A DNA stretch of 64,000 nucleotides from Chloroflexota bacterium (GTDB taxonomy: Bacteria; Chloroflexota; UBA11872; VXNJ01), in contig OZ253449.1 of the NCBI GenBank assembly GCA_965261345.1, positions 1,888,001 through 1,952,000 of the forward strand, read 5' to 3'. Each line of letters begins with the position of its first letter. The stretch's first letter is position 1. Shown piece after piece: positions 32,150 through 42,453 of this stretch. Under the pieces are notes generated by a model. The model searched no databases and was not told the origin of the DNA. It was given only the letters and a program-made list of their open reading frames with translations. Both the position numbers and the translations under genes were made by a program.

Positions 32150-32548
32150 ATGGCAACCGACTTGTCAACTCCCCAGATATCACTGACGGCCTCCGCCGCC
32201 GAAGCATTTAACGGGATCGTTGCCAACAACGGCTATGACGAGGCGGCGATGAAGGTCGCGGTCGCTCCCGGCGGTTGCGGTGGCTGGGAATATCAATTGG
32301 GAATTGCCCGACGCCCTTCCGATACCGATCTGGTCAGCGAATCGCAGGGGATCAGGCTGTTTGTCGATTCGATGACGCTGCCGATGTTTGACGGGGCCGT
32401 TATTGATTTTTCCGACGGGCTCATGGGACAGGGATTCTCGGTGAGCAATCCTCTCTCTAAGGCCGATTGCTCCTGCGGGCAGTCTTTCAAGACCACCGCC
32501 GGGACGGTCGACGAAGGTGCTTGCAGCTCAAAGGTTGCCGGAAACTAA
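32150..32548 (+). CDS. A-type Fe-S carrier (HesB/IscA/ErpA family)
   Basis: GGCGG and CSCGQSF motifs. Confidence 0.92.
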   Translation: MATDLSTPQISLTASAAEAFNGIVANNGYDEAAMKVAVAPGGCGGWEYQLGIARRPSDTDLVSESQGIRLFVDSMTLPMFDGAVIDFSDGLMGQGFSVSNPLSKADCSCGQSFKTTAGTVDEGACSSKVAGN

Positions 32549-32563
32549 TCGCCAACTAGGCGG

Positions 32564-34072
32564 CTAACCCAACGCAGCCAGCGCCTTTCGGGCGGCGTTG
32601 GCTTCATCGTAGGCCTGCGGACCGGAGGTGCCGATGATGCTCTGCTCATGGCCCTTGCCAAGTAAGGCGACGAGGTCGCCCGGACCTGCCCTGGATACGG
32701 CGTAGGCAACCGCCTGCCAGCGGTCGTGAATGATCTCGAAGCGGGCGTTACGATTGCCGGACCCGATCCCCGCGGCGATTTCGGCGGCGATCTGATCGCG
32801 GTTTTCGCCGCGTGGATCCTCATCGGTAATTACGATCAGGTCGGCCAATCGGGCGGCGATCCTGCCCATCATTGGGCGTTTGCCCCGATCGCGTTCGCCG
32901 GCGCTGCCGAATACGGCGATCAGCTTTCCGGCGGTTCGTTGCCTAAGGACGGTGAGCACGGCCTGCAGACTGGCCGGCGAATGGGCGTAGTCGACGACCA
33001 AAGCAAAATCCTGGCCTAACTCTAGGAACTGCATCCGGCCGGGCGCTCCGGCGAAGGTGCCGGCCGCCGCCAGCAGATCCTCCAGGTCGAACCCAGCGAG
33101 GGCGCCGACCGCAATCGCCGCCAGCGCGTTTTCGACGTTGAAGGCGCCCTTCAGCGGAATTGACACGGTTGCCGAGCCCCAAGGGGAATCCAACTGAAAC
33201 CTGGTTCCTGAGCCGCTCGGGGATTCGTCGTGGCTTACGACATTGCCGATCCCGCGGCCGTAGGTAACCACCCGGGCGCTGCGGCCGGCCGCAAGCGACG
33301 GGGTAAACGGGTCGTGGGCGTTTAGCACCAGTGCTCCGCTCCGCTCGGGGCCGGCGGCGGATTCGACGAGGTCAGCCAGGCGGGCCTTGGCGGCACGATA
33401 GCGCTCCGCGGTCCCATGGTATTCGAGATGTTCGTGGGTGATCTGGGTATAGGCGGCAATATCGAATTGCAAGCCGTCGACGCGTTTTTGGTCGAGCCCG
33501 TGAGAGGTGGCCTCGATCACCGCCCAGGCGTTGCCGGCGTCGACCATTTCTGCCAGCAGGGCGCAGACCCGCACCGCTGAAGGGGTCGTCTGGTGCTCGG
33601 AGCGGGCGGCGAGCTCCGCGCCGACCCCGATTTGGGCGGTCGAGATTAACCCGCAAGGGGACCCCGCCATCGTTAAAAGGTGCGAAATCAGCGAGCAGGT
33701 GGTGGTCTTGCCGTCGGTCCCGGTAACCCCGATTAGGCCCATTGCCCGGTCGGGTTCACCGTAAAACCGCCGCGCCAGCTGCGCTAGGGCCAGGCGTGAG
33801 TCCTCAACCACCAGCCCGCAGACGTTGCCGGGCAGGCTAAGCGGGCGCTGTGAGACGATTGCCGCCGCGCCGCCGGCAATGGCGGCGGATACGAAGTCGT
33901 GGCCATCCACCCTAGCGCCTGGAATCGCCACGAACAATGCTCCGGGGCCGATCTGGCGCGAATCCGGGGTGATAGCCGAAATGTCGGGGTCGGGACCATG
34001 GTGGGACCTTGAGTCGGAAACCGCCCCAAGCAGCCGGGTGAGTTTCAATTGGCGGCCGGTTCGGTCCGCCAA
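32564..34072 (-). CDS. murE: MurE ligase, EDPR variant (probably not meso-DAP specific)
   Basis: DSR, DGH, GVTGTDGKTTT, EHLEYH, GRM, DYAHSP, GERD, EDPR, GKGHE; start uncertain. Confidence 0.93.
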   Translation of the reverse strand: MADRTGRQLKLTRLLGAVSDSRSHHGPDPDISAITPDSRQIGPGALFVAIPGARVDGHDFVSAAIAGGAAAIVSQRPLSLPGNVCGLVVEDSRLALAQLARRFYGEPDRAMGLIGVTGTDGKTTTCSLISHLLTMAGSPCGLISTAQIGVGAELAARSEHQTTPSAVRVCALLAEMVDAGNAWAVIEATSHGLDQKRVDGLQFDIAAYTQITHEHLEYHGTAERYRAAKARLADLVESAAGPERSGALVLNAHDPFTPSLAAGRSARVVTYGRGIGNVVSHDESPSGSGTRFQLDSPWGSATVSIPLKGAFNVENALAAIAVGALAGFDLEDLLAAAGTFAGAPGRMQFLELGQDFALVVDYAHSPASLQAVLTVLRQRTAGKLIAVFGSAGERDRGKRPMMGRIAARLADLIVITDEDPRGENRDQIAAEIAAGIGSGNRNARFEIIHDRWQAVAYAVSRAGPGDLVALLGKGHEQSIIGTSGPQAYDEANAARKALAALG

Positions 34073-35103
34073 CCCTTGGCCATGATCTGCGTGTAGAGCG
34101 GGAGAGCCGCACGGACGATGCCGCTCAGGGGTCGCGACAGGGCCAGGTCAAAGGTACCGGGATGTTCGACCGGTTGAGGGTTGAATCCGGACTTGAAACG
34201 GGCAACCCCAGCCATCGGGTCGTCCGGGTCGTCCGGATCGGTCATCCCCCACAGATCGTAGCGGGTGCAGCCGTGGGCCCGGGCCCAGCGCATGGCCGCC
34301 CACTGGACGGCGAAACTGGGCATTCGCGGTCGCTGCTGCGAGGACGACGCGCCGTACAGATACACCGCTTCGCGTCCGGTGCGGACCACCATCAGGGCGG
34401 CCAGGTCCTCGTCCCGGTAGCTGGCCATGAGCAGGGCGGCGTCATCGGGGGCGAACGCGTCGAAAACGGTTTGATAATAACCCTGATCGTGGACCCCAAA
34501 CCCGTCGCGGCGGCTGGTTTCGAGCGAGAGTCGGTAAAAACTGGCCATATCCTGGCGGCCGCCGGATCGGATCTCGACGCCGCGACGGGCCGAAAGCCGG
34601 GTGTTGTAGCGCGCCTTGGACTTGAACCCGGCCAAAATCTCCGGTTCCGGGCGCAGCAGGTCGACATGGGCTGAATGGCGGATTTGCAGGAACTGGTCAC
34701 TCCATTCAAAACCCATCTGGGCCAGCACCGGGCATATCCAGTCGGCGGAATCGGCCGGCGGTTCGGCGCGCAGCAAATTGGTCCCCGCCGCCCGCGCCTC
34801 GGCAATCGCGGCGGAGAAAAGTTGGCTGGTGATCTGGTCGTCCAGCTGTCCGATCGGGCCGCGCGGCACATAGGCCACGCCGACAATCGGCAAGACGGGC
34901 AGCAGGCGCTGCCGCTGGATCAGCATCTGCAATCCGGCAACCAGATCGGCGCCCCGATAGGCGCCAATTCGAATCGGCTTCCAGCCGTTGCGACGCTTGA
35001 CCTGACCCCATTCCCAGCGCTGCAGAAAACTGGCCATCGAATCCGGAGGGAACAGCTTTTGCCATTCCGACTGGAACATGACCGGGCGAATCGTCAGCTG
35101 CAC
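34045..35103 (-). CDS. FemABX-family peptidoglycan bridge peptidyltransferase
   Basis: FLQ..WG..K, YVPRGP, KARYN.R...RRGV, YLYGAS, YDLWG, FKSGF. Confidence 0.9.
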   Translation of the reverse strand: MQLTIRPVMFQSEWQKLFPPDSMASFLQRWEWGQVKRRNGWKPIRIGAYRGADLVAGLQMLIQRQRLLPVLPIVGVAYVPRGPIGQLDDQITSQLFSAAIAEARAAGTNLLRAEPPADSADWICPVLAQMGFEWSDQFLQIRHSAHVDLLRPEPEILAGFKSKARYNTRLSARRGVEIRSGGRQDMASFYRLSLETSRRDGFGVHDQGYYQTVFDAFAPDDAALLMASYRDEDLAALMVVRTGREAVYLYGASSSQQRPRMPSFAVQWAAMRWARAHGCTRYDLWGMTDPDDPDDPMAGVARFKSGFNPQPVEHPGTFDLALSRPLSGIVRAALPLYTQIMAKGWRTEPAAN

Positions 35104-35834
35104 GCCGGGACCGTCCCGTCCAGATCGGCAACGTGGATGGCGACGCTACCAAAGCCCAGGCGACGCCAGGCGACCCGGTCGAAACCGGCCTGTCTGAGTT
35201 CGTCGGCCAATAGTTCCGGGCCGGGAAACCGTTCGACCGATGCCGGCAGGTAGGAGTAGGCAAATGGGTGCCGACTGATCATTCGCCCCAGCCAGGGCGC
35301 CAGGACTCCGAAATGGATTCGAAAAAGCCGGGCCAGCAGCCCGGTCCCCATCGGGGTCATTTCCAAAATGACCAGCCGCCCGCCAGGTCCAAGGACTCGG
35401 GCCCATTCAAGGAACGCCCCGGCCCGGTCGGGAATGTTGCGCACCGCGAACGCGGAGACCAGGGCATCGGCGCCGCCACTGGATATTGGCAGGGCCAGCG
35501 CGTCGGCCTGCAGCAACAGCCCGCCGGCCGCGTGCACGCGGCTTTGCCCGGCCTGCAGCATCGCCGCCGAAAAATCGATCCCGGCGACTAACAGCGGATA
35601 TTGCGCCCGCCGCAAAGCCAACGCCACCAGATCGCCGGTGCCGCACCCTACGTCCAGCAGCAGCGTTGGTTTTTTGCAAAGCGCCAGATCGACCGTCGAA
35701 CGTCGCCAACCGGAATCGAGGCCCAGGCTGATCAGCCGATTGAGCCGGTCATAGGTAGGGGCGATGGCGTCGAACATGGCCTGGACCTGGGCTCCGGCCA
35801 GGCGTCCCGGATCAGTGGGCTCGGTCAACGACAA
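35094..35834 (-). CDS. menG: Demethylmenaquinone methyltransferase (UbiE/MenG)
   Basis: MFDAIAPTYDRLN..SLGLD..WR, LDVGCGTGD, FAVRN, AYSYLPAS. Confidence 0.9.
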   Translation of the reverse strand: MSLTEPTDPGRLAGAQVQAMFDAIAPTYDRLNRLISLGLDSGWRRSTVDLALCKKPTLLLDVGCGTGDLVALALRRAQYPLLVAGIDFSAAMLQAGQSRVHAAGGLLLQADALALPISSGGADALVSAFAVRNIPDRAGAFLEWARVLGPGGRLVILEMTPMGTGLLARLFRIHFGVLAPWLGRMISRHPFAYSYLPASVERFPGPELLADELRQAGFDRVAWRRLGFGSVAIHVADLDGTVPACS

Positions 35835-36789
35835 ACTCGGTCAATTCGGCAAATGCCCGGCGGCAGGGATTGTCGGGGAACCCGTCCAAGCGCGATCGCG
35901 CCTGAATTGCCAGCTCTCGGGCCACCGCCACCGCCGACGCCAGCGCCCCGCTGTCGGCGATCTCGGACAGTGCGCCGGCCAGGTTTTCGGGACCGGCTCT
36001 GCTGCTGCGGTAGAAATCGGCCACCGCGCCGGAAGGGTTATTGCCCAGATGGAGCAGGACCGGCAGCGTCAACTGAGCCTGCAGCAAATCGCTACCGACC
36101 GGCTTGCCGGTCAGTTGCGGGTCGCCGGACAGATCGAGCACGTCATCGAAGATTTGAAACGCCATGCCAAGTTCTACTCCGGCCAGCCGCATCATTTCCT
36201 GCCGGCGAGATCCCTGATCGGCCAGGTCAGCGGCGGCATTAGCGCACAGCCCGATCAACGATGCAGTTTTGCCCCTGATCTTGGCCAGATAGTCGGCCTT
36301 GGCGGCGTCTGGGCCATCGCCCAGATCGGGAGAGTTCAATTCGGCCCGGGCCATCTGCATGATCACCGCCGCAAATTTCGAAACGATGGTGGGCCGACCA
36401 AGACCGGCGATCAATTCGGCCGAGAGCGCGAACATGTAGTCACCGGACAGAATTGCAAATCCCGGCGACCAGAGGGTATGGACGGTCTCGCGGCCCCGCC
36501 GGGTGTCGGCCGAATCGACGACATCATCGTGGACCAGGGTGGCGGTGTGCAGGCATTCGACCCCGCAGGCAAGTTCGATGGCCTGGCTGTTGAGGCGGTC
36601 AAAGATCCCGACCGAAAGCAGGACCAGCAATGGCCGCAGGCGCTTGGCGGGGGCGGCAAACAGAGTTTGCAGGACGGCGGCGATCATGGGCGAGGGTTCT
36701 GAGTCGCAAATCTGATCGAGGCGCGCATCCACCGCGCTCAGCCAGTCCCCGACCGGACCGGCGATCTGGTCAAGGTCGCGGGTCGCCAT
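35812..36789 (-). CDS. Long-chain polyprenyl diphosphate synthase (HepT/IspB-like)
   Basis: KRLRP, LVHDDVVD..RRG, KTA, FQIFDDVLD, GKPVGSD. Confidence 0.92.
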   Translation of the reverse strand: MATRDLDQIAGPVGDWLSAVDARLDQICDSEPSPMIAAVLQTLFAAPAKRLRPLLVLLSVGIFDRLNSQAIELACGVECLHTATLVHDDVVDSADTRRGRETVHTLWSPGFAILSGDYMFALSAELIAGLGRPTIVSKFAAVIMQMARAELNSPDLGDGPDAAKADYLAKIRGKTASLIGLCANAAADLADQGSRRQEMMRLAGVELGMAFQIFDDVLDLSGDPQLTGKPVGSDLLQAQLTLPVLLHLGNNPSGAVADFYRSSRAGPENLAGALSEIADSGALASAVAVARELAIQARSRLDGFPDNPCRRAFAELTEFVVDRAH

Positions 36790-37560
36790 CTAGGTCGAAC
36801 CAGCGCCGAACAGGGTGGTGGCGTTCTCGGTCGTTTGACGCGCCAGTTCAGTAGTGTCGATCTCCCGCAGTCCCGCCAACAGGGTCGCGGTATAGGTGAT
36901 GTTGGACGGCTGGTTGCGGCGCCCGGTCTTGGCCCGGCGCGGCACCATGTAGGGCGAGTCGGTTTCGATCAATAGCCTCTCGATCGGGACCGCTTGGGCG
37001 GCCGCGCGGGTTTGCGGCGCCGACCGGTAGGTTAAAAGGCCGGCGAACGACACATGCAGGCCGGCGTCAAGGAAACGGGCCAAATCGGCTTCCCCGAGGC
37101 TCCAGCAGTGCATTACCCCTCGCAGGCGCCGGCCGGCGAGCTGTTCGGCGATCGCTCCAGCCGATTCGCGCTGGTGGATGATGACCGGCAGGTCGCAGCG
37201 CTCGGCCTGATCCAGGTGCCAGCTGAGGCATTCAGCCTGGATGGGCAGCGCCGGATAGCCTCGACCGGAAAAATCGAGGCCGATCTCACCGACCGCGAGG
37301 ACCTTTTTTTGGCGATAAAGGTTGGACAGGTCGGCCCTGGTCTGATCGTCAAGTTGATCGGCCGCATAGGGATGGATGCCGGCCGCGGCGAATATCTTGG
37401 GGCTGTCCTGGCTCAGGCGGATTGCCCGCTGCGATGACGACCAGTCGTAGCCGGGGACCATGTAACCGGTAACGCCGGCGGCGCTCGCGCGGACCAGGAC
37501 ATCGGCAAGGTCGTCCTCAAAGGCCGGGTGGTTCAGATGACAGTGCGAATCAAAATACAC
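36790..37560 (-). CDS. tatD: TatD family DNase
   Basis: DSHCHL, GIHP, GEIGLD, IIH.RE, MHC, ETDSPY; GTG at 37560 preferred. Confidence 0.92.
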   Translation of the reverse strand: MYFDSHCHLNHPAFEDDLADVLVRASAAGVTGYMVPGYDWSSSQRAIRLSQDSPKIFAAAGIHPYAADQLDDQTRADLSNLYRQKKVLAVGEIGLDFSGRGYPALPIQAECLSWHLDQAERCDLPVIIHQRESAGAIAEQLAGRRLRGVMHCWSLGEADLARFLDAGLHVSFAGLLTYRSAPQTRAAAQAVPIERLLIETDSPYMVPRRAKTGRRNQPSNITYTATLLAGLREIDTTELARQTTENATTLFGAGST

Positions 37561-37574
37561 CGAGCTGCCGGCCG

Positions 37575-39107
37575 CTACTGGAGCATCTCGAGACGTGGAA
37601 ACAGGGGCGAACCGCCCGGAACCGCTTGGCCTGGAGTTAGCTGCGACCATTGCGAAGCGCTTGCCCACTGGCCGTCGGAAGGTTCCCGACAGCCTAATTG
37701 CAACGCCATCGCCGCGCCGACCGCGGGCATGGCCGGAGTGATAAGAACCGCGATCTGGCGCAGGCAGTCAGCTAGCAGGTAGAGGATAGTGTCGACCCGC
37801 CCGGCCGCCGCCGGGTCGGCCGCAATTCGAAAAGGTTGGGCCTTATCGACGTACCGATTGGCGGCCGCCACCAATCGCCAGATGGCCTCGAGTCCTTCCG
37901 AAAACTCCCAGGCGCCGAAACGTTCGGTGGTCGCATGCCATGCCATCTTGGCGGCCTCCCGCAACTCATCGTCGATTGGGTCGTGCTGGCTCGGGGCCGG
38001 CAACATTCCATCGCGATAGCGGGCGATCATCTTCACGCAGCGGTTGAGCAGGTTGCCCAGGTCATTGCCCAGGTCGTGGTGGTAACGCGAATTCAGAGTT
38101 TCGCGCCGAAAACTTCCATCAAGGAGGAATCGCATTTCGCGCAAAAGGTAGTAGCGCAGCGGGTCGACGCCGTAATGCTCGGTAATTGCGTAGGGGTCGA
38201 TTATGTTGCCCCGAGTTTTGCTGAGTTTCTCGCCGGCCATATCGATGAATCCGTGCGAGACGATCTTGGCCGGCGGTTCCAGGCCGCACGACCAGAGCAT
38301 GGCTGGCCAGTAGATGGCATGGAAGCGAAGGATGTCCTTGCCGATCACCTGGGCATCGCAGGGCCACCAGCGGGCAAATGAGTCCGGGTCGCCATCGAAG
38401 CCAACCACCGTGGCGTAGTTGATCAGGGCGTCGAACCAGACGTAGATGACGTGCTGGGAATCATTCGGCGTCGGAATTCCCCAGTCGGCCCGATGCCGTG
38501 ATACCGAGAAGTCCTTCAATCCGCTCTCGATAAGGGAGAGCATCTCGTTGTAGCGCGAACGCGGAATCACGAATTCAGGGTTGTCCAGGAAGTGTTGCCG
38601 CAGCCGATCGCGATATCGGCTGAGCCGGAAAAAGTAGTTCTCTTCGGCCAACCACTCCGGCGCCGCCTGGTGGATGGGGCACAGGCCCGCGGCCAGTTCG
38701 GCTTCGGCGTAATAGTGCTCACAGGAAAGGCAATACCAGCCCTCATAGCGGTCCAGGTAGATATCGCCTTTTGCCTGCGCTCGGCGGAAAAACTCCTGCG
38801 AGGCGGCGGTGTGCCGATCTTCGGTGGTCCGGATGAAGGCGCTGGCCGAGATTTCAAGATGCTCCCAAAGGCGGGCAAATTTCGGCGACATCGAATCCAC
38901 AAAATCCCGGGTTGACTGCCCCCCGGCCAGAGCGGTACGGGCGACGTTGAGGCTGTTTTCATCAACCCCGGTCGAAAAAAACACGTCGTTGCCCAGCAAT
39001 CGCTGAAAGCGTGCTTGGCAATCGGCGCCGATTTTTTCAAAGGCATGGCCCAGATGTGGCTCGCCGTTGGGGTAATCGATCGCGCAGGCTTGGTAGTACT
39101 TGGGCAT
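37575..39107 (-). CDS. metG: Methionine--tRNA ligase (no C-terminal dimerisation domain)
   Basis: YPNGEPHLGH, CLSC..CPIH knuckle, YVWFDAL, GKDILRFH, KLSKT, GNLLNR; ATG at 39107. Confidence 0.96.
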   Translation of the reverse strand: MPKYYQACAIDYPNGEPHLGHAFEKIGADCQARFQRLLGNDVFFSTGVDENSLNVARTALAGGQSTRDFVDSMSPKFARLWEHLEISASAFIRTTEDRHTAASQEFFRRAQAKGDIYLDRYEGWYCLSCEHYYAEAELAAGLCPIHQAAPEWLAEENYFFRLSRYRDRLRQHFLDNPEFVIPRSRYNEMLSLIESGLKDFSVSRHRADWGIPTPNDSQHVIYVWFDALINYATVVGFDGDPDSFARWWPCDAQVIGKDILRFHAIYWPAMLWSCGLEPPAKIVSHGFIDMAGEKLSKTRGNIIDPYAITEHYGVDPLRYYLLREMRFLLDGSFRRETLNSRYHHDLGNDLGNLLNRCVKMIARYRDGMLPAPSQHDPIDDELREAAKMAWHATTERFGAWEFSEGLEAIWRLVAAANRYVDKAQPFRIAADPAAAGRVDTILYLLADCLRQIAVLITPAMPAVGAAMALQLGCREPSDGQWASASQWSQLTPGQAVPGGSPLFPRLEMLQ

Positions 39108-39251
39108 TATTTCCCGGGGCCGCAAGATGGGCGCATCCGACGCAATTATCCCAGCGGGGCGGCAAAATCAATTTGCGTGGGCGAAATTTATGCCCGGCAC
39201 CGGATTGTTCGGGCGACTCCATGGGACCGCCTAGCCACCAAAGGTCGTTGT

Positions 39252-41066
39252 ATGACGCAAGCCGCCACCCCGACCAGCAGCGCCGACGGCGTAGCCTGGG
39301 ATCTCTCCGACCTCTACGCTGGCGCCGGGGACAAGCAGATCGAAGATGACCTGACCAGCGCCCAAAAACAGGCCGAGGCGTTCCGAGTCCGCTACGAGGG
39401 CCGGGTCGGCGAATTGGACGCGGCCGAAATACACGCGGCGATGCGGCAGCTCGAGGACCTGGCCGAACTCTCTGATCGCCCCCTGATCTTTGCCCACTTG
39501 GCCCATGCCGCCGACAGTTCCGACCCGGCCAACGGTGCCCTAGTGGCCCGGACCGCTGAGGCCAATTCACAGGTCCGTACCCAGCTGCTGTTCTTCGAGC
39601 TCGAATGGCTTGCCTTGCCCGACCGCCAGACTGACCAGATCATCGCTGACCGGCGGGTGGGGCGTTACGCCCATTACCTCGAAAAAGGCCTGCTGTACCG
39701 GCCGCACGTACTGGACCAGCCGGTCGAGGAGGCCTTGGAGCAGAAATCCAATACTGGCGCGCGCGCGTTCTCCCGCCTGTTTGACGAGATAACCAGCTCA
39801 CTGGAATGCGACGTCGACATGCCCGGCGGCCGGCAGCGACTCAACGAGTCGGCGACCCTTGCGCTACTGCATGATCAAGACCGGCCGACTCGCATGGCCG
39901 CCGCCGCCGGACTGACCGCGACCCTACGGTCCAATTCGCGGGTTCTCACATACATCTTCAACACCCTGTTGCAGGATCACAGCATCGAGGACCAGCTCCG
40001 CGATCGCCCCCACCCGATGCTGGCCCGCAATCTGGCCAATGAGATTTCGCTGCCCGCGGTGGAATCCTTAATCAGCGCCTGCGTCAATTCGTACCCGCTG
40101 GTCGAGCGCTACTACCGGTTAAAGGCCGGCATGCTTGGATTAGAGCAACTCTACGACTACGATCGCTACGCACCGCTGGCCCAAGCGCAGAGCACTTGGC
40201 CTTGGGGCCAGGCGCGGCAGATCGTCACCGAGAGCTATGCTCAGTTTTCCCCGCAGGCAGGGTCGATCGTCGAGCGGTTTTTTGACTCGGACTGGATCGA
40301 TGCCGAATTGCGCAACGGCAAACGTGGCGGCGCGTTTTCGGCCGGCGGGCCGAGCAATGCGCATCCCTACATCCTGTGCAACTACACCGACCGGCCGCGC
40401 GACGTCATGACGGTCGCCCATGAGTTGGGACACGGCATTCACCAGTACTTGGCGCGCGGCGTCGGATATCTGCAATCGCACACCCCGCTGACGATGGCCG
40501 AAACCGCATCGGTATTCGGCGAAATGATCGTCTTCAACCGACTGGTTGAGACCTGCACCGATCCCGCCGAACGCCTCCTATTGCTCTCCGGCAAGATCGA
40601 GGACACCTTCGCCACCGTTTTTCGGCAGATCGTGTTGACTTCCTTTGAACAGGCCGCGCATGCGGCCCGGCGCAGCGAGGGTGAACTTTCCAGCGGACGA
40701 ATCGGCGAACTTTGGATGGAGGCAAACGCGCCGATGCACGGTGACGTAGTCAAGCTGACCGCGGACTACGAGTGCTGGTGGAGCTACATTCCGCACTTTA
40801 TCCACACCCCTTTCTACACCTATGCCTACAGCTTTGGCCATCTGCTGGTGTTGGCCCTATTTGACATCTACCGCCGCGAGGGCGATGCGTTCGTTCCCGG
40901 CTATTTGGAAATGCTCTCCCGCGGCGGATCGGCCTCGCCGGGTGAGCTGGTTGCCCCGCTGGGGGTTGATCTGGATGACCCCGAGCTCTGGGGGCGTGGG
41001 CTGGCAGTCATCGCCGAGATGATCGCCGAAGCCGAAGTCTTAGCTGGGGCTCAGGCCGAGCGATGA
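39252..41066 (+). CDS. pepF: M3B oligoendopeptidase F
   Basis: WDLSDLY, GKRGGAF, HELGH, AETAS, HF..PFYTYAY; ATG at 39252. Confidence 0.93.
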   Translation: MTQAATPTSSADGVAWDLSDLYAGAGDKQIEDDLTSAQKQAEAFRVRYEGRVGELDAAEIHAAMRQLEDLAELSDRPLIFAHLAHAADSSDPANGALVARTAEANSQVRTQLLFFELEWLALPDRQTDQIIADRRVGRYAHYLEKGLLYRPHVLDQPVEEALEQKSNTGARAFSRLFDEITSSLECDVDMPGGRQRLNESATLALLHDQDRPTRMAAAAGLTATLRSNSRVLTYIFNTLLQDHSIEDQLRDRPHPMLARNLANEISLPAVESLISACVNSYPLVERYYRLKAGMLGLEQLYDYDRYAPLAQAQSTWPWGQARQIVTESYAQFSPQAGSIVERFFDSDWIDAELRNGKRGGAFSAGGPSNAHPYILCNYTDRPRDVMTVAHELGHGIHQYLARGVGYLQSHTPLTMAETASVFGEMIVFNRLVETCTDPAERLLLLSGKIEDTFATVFRQIVLTSFEQAAHAARRSEGELSSGRIGELWMEANAPMHGDVVKLTADYECWWSYIPHFIHTPFYTYAYSFGHLLVLALFDIYRREGDAFVPGYLEMLSRGGSASPGELVAPLGVDLDDPELWGRGLAVIAEMIAEAEVLAGAQAER

Positions 41067-41085
41067 CGATTGGCCACTTCCGAGC

Positions 41086-42453
41086 ATGCGTTCAGCGCTA
41101 GCTGCCAGCGCCGCCAGGCTGGCTCGGGCGCTGGCGCGCCGCCTGGGGCGCGGCGGATCGGCCTTGCCGGGCCTGGTTGCTCACTCCTTGGCCCCGGACC
41201 TGCTTTATGATTTGGCCGCAGGTTTGCCGCGTGGCTGCGTGCTAATTAGCGGCACCAACGGCAAGACCACGACCGCAGGCCTTAGCGCTTCGGTAATTGG
41301 CCGCTGTGGATTCGAGCCGATCAGCAACCCCTCGGGGTCCAACTTGGCGCGTGGTGTGCTGGCCCACCTGCTTGAGCATGCCGACTGGGCCGGGCGCCCG
41401 CGTTGGGGTCAATCGGCGATCGGTGTATTCGAACTGGACGAGGCCCAGTTGATTGCTTCGCTGGTCCGCCTGCGTCCGCGGGTTCTGGCGCTCACCAACC
41501 TATTTCGTGACCAGTTAGATCGCTACGGCGAGCTGGATTCACTCAGCGCCGGCATAACCGCATCGCTGGGGCAATGCACGACCGCCCCGGTCCTGGTTGT
41601 AAATGTCGATGATCCGGTGCTCTGCCACATCGCCAGCGGCCACCACGGGATGGTGATCGGCTACGGCCTGGAACCGCCGCGGGATGGCCGCCAGCCCGAC
41701 GAATGGGCCGACTCGACGCTCTGCCCGCGTTGTGGTGGGGATCTTGGCTACGACGGTGTGGTCTTCTCCCACCTGGGCCGGTGGGCCTGTCCGGCCTGCG
41801 GGTTCGCCCGCCCCGAACCTCACGTCCGGGCCCGCAGCGACCAGGCCGGCGGCGACCTGGTTGATCTAAAGGTCAGCCTGGGCCAGGGGACCGTGACCCT
41901 CCAGAGCCAGCTGAGCGGGACGTACAACGCCTACAACCTGCTCTGTGCGCTGGCGGTTGCCAGTGCCCTCTCGCTCGCCCCGGGTGCGGCCGCGCGGGCG
42001 CTAAGTCAATCGGCTCCGAGTTTTGGACGCTCCGAACGGATAGCCCTAGGGACCAGGGAAGTGACCCTGATGCTGATGAAGAACCCGACCGGGGCCAACG
42101 AGCTGGCTCGCATGCTGGCCGACCGGCGCGAGGATTTTCTGATCCTGCTAAACGACCAGGCCGCCGACGGGGAGGATGTCTCCTGGATCTGGGACGTTAA
42201 TTTTTCAGTGCTTGATCCGAAGCGACTCTTCGTCGGCGGGCGACGAGCGGCCGACATGGCGCTGAGGCTCAAATACGCCGGGTTGCAAACTGACCTTGCG
42301 GTGGAGGGTCCGGTGGCAAAATCACTCGATGCCGCCTTGGATGCGGGCGGCGATCGTCTGCTGATATTGGCAACCTATACCGCAATGCTGCAAATCCGGA
42401 GAGAGCTGGTCAAACGCGGCGCCGCCAGAGAGTATTGGCAGGCGACCGAATGA
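41086..42453 (+). CDS. murT: Lipid II isoglutaminyl synthase subunit MurT
   Basis: GTNGKTTT, NLFRDQLDRYGE, CPRC..CPAC, KNP, DVSWIWD, TYTAML. Confidence 0.93.
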   Translation: MRSALAASAARLARALARRLGRGGSALPGLVAHSLAPDLLYDLAAGLPRGCVLISGTNGKTTTAGLSASVIGRCGFEPISNPSGSNLARGVLAHLLEHADWAGRPRWGQSAIGVFELDEAQLIASLVRLRPRVLALTNLFRDQLDRYGELDSLSAGITASLGQCTTAPVLVVNVDDPVLCHIASGHHGMVIGYGLEPPRDGRQPDEWADSTLCPRCGGDLGYDGVVFSHLGRWACPACGFARPEPHVRARSDQAGGDLVDLKVSLGQGTVTLQSQLSGTYNAYNLLCALAVASALSLAPGAAARALSQSAPSFGRSERIALGTREVTLMLMKNPTGANELARMLADRREDFLILLNDQAADGEDVSWIWDVNFSVLDPKRLFVGGRRAADMALRLKYAGLQTDLAVEGPVAKSLDAALDAGGDRLLILATYTAMLQIRRELVKRGAAREYWQATE

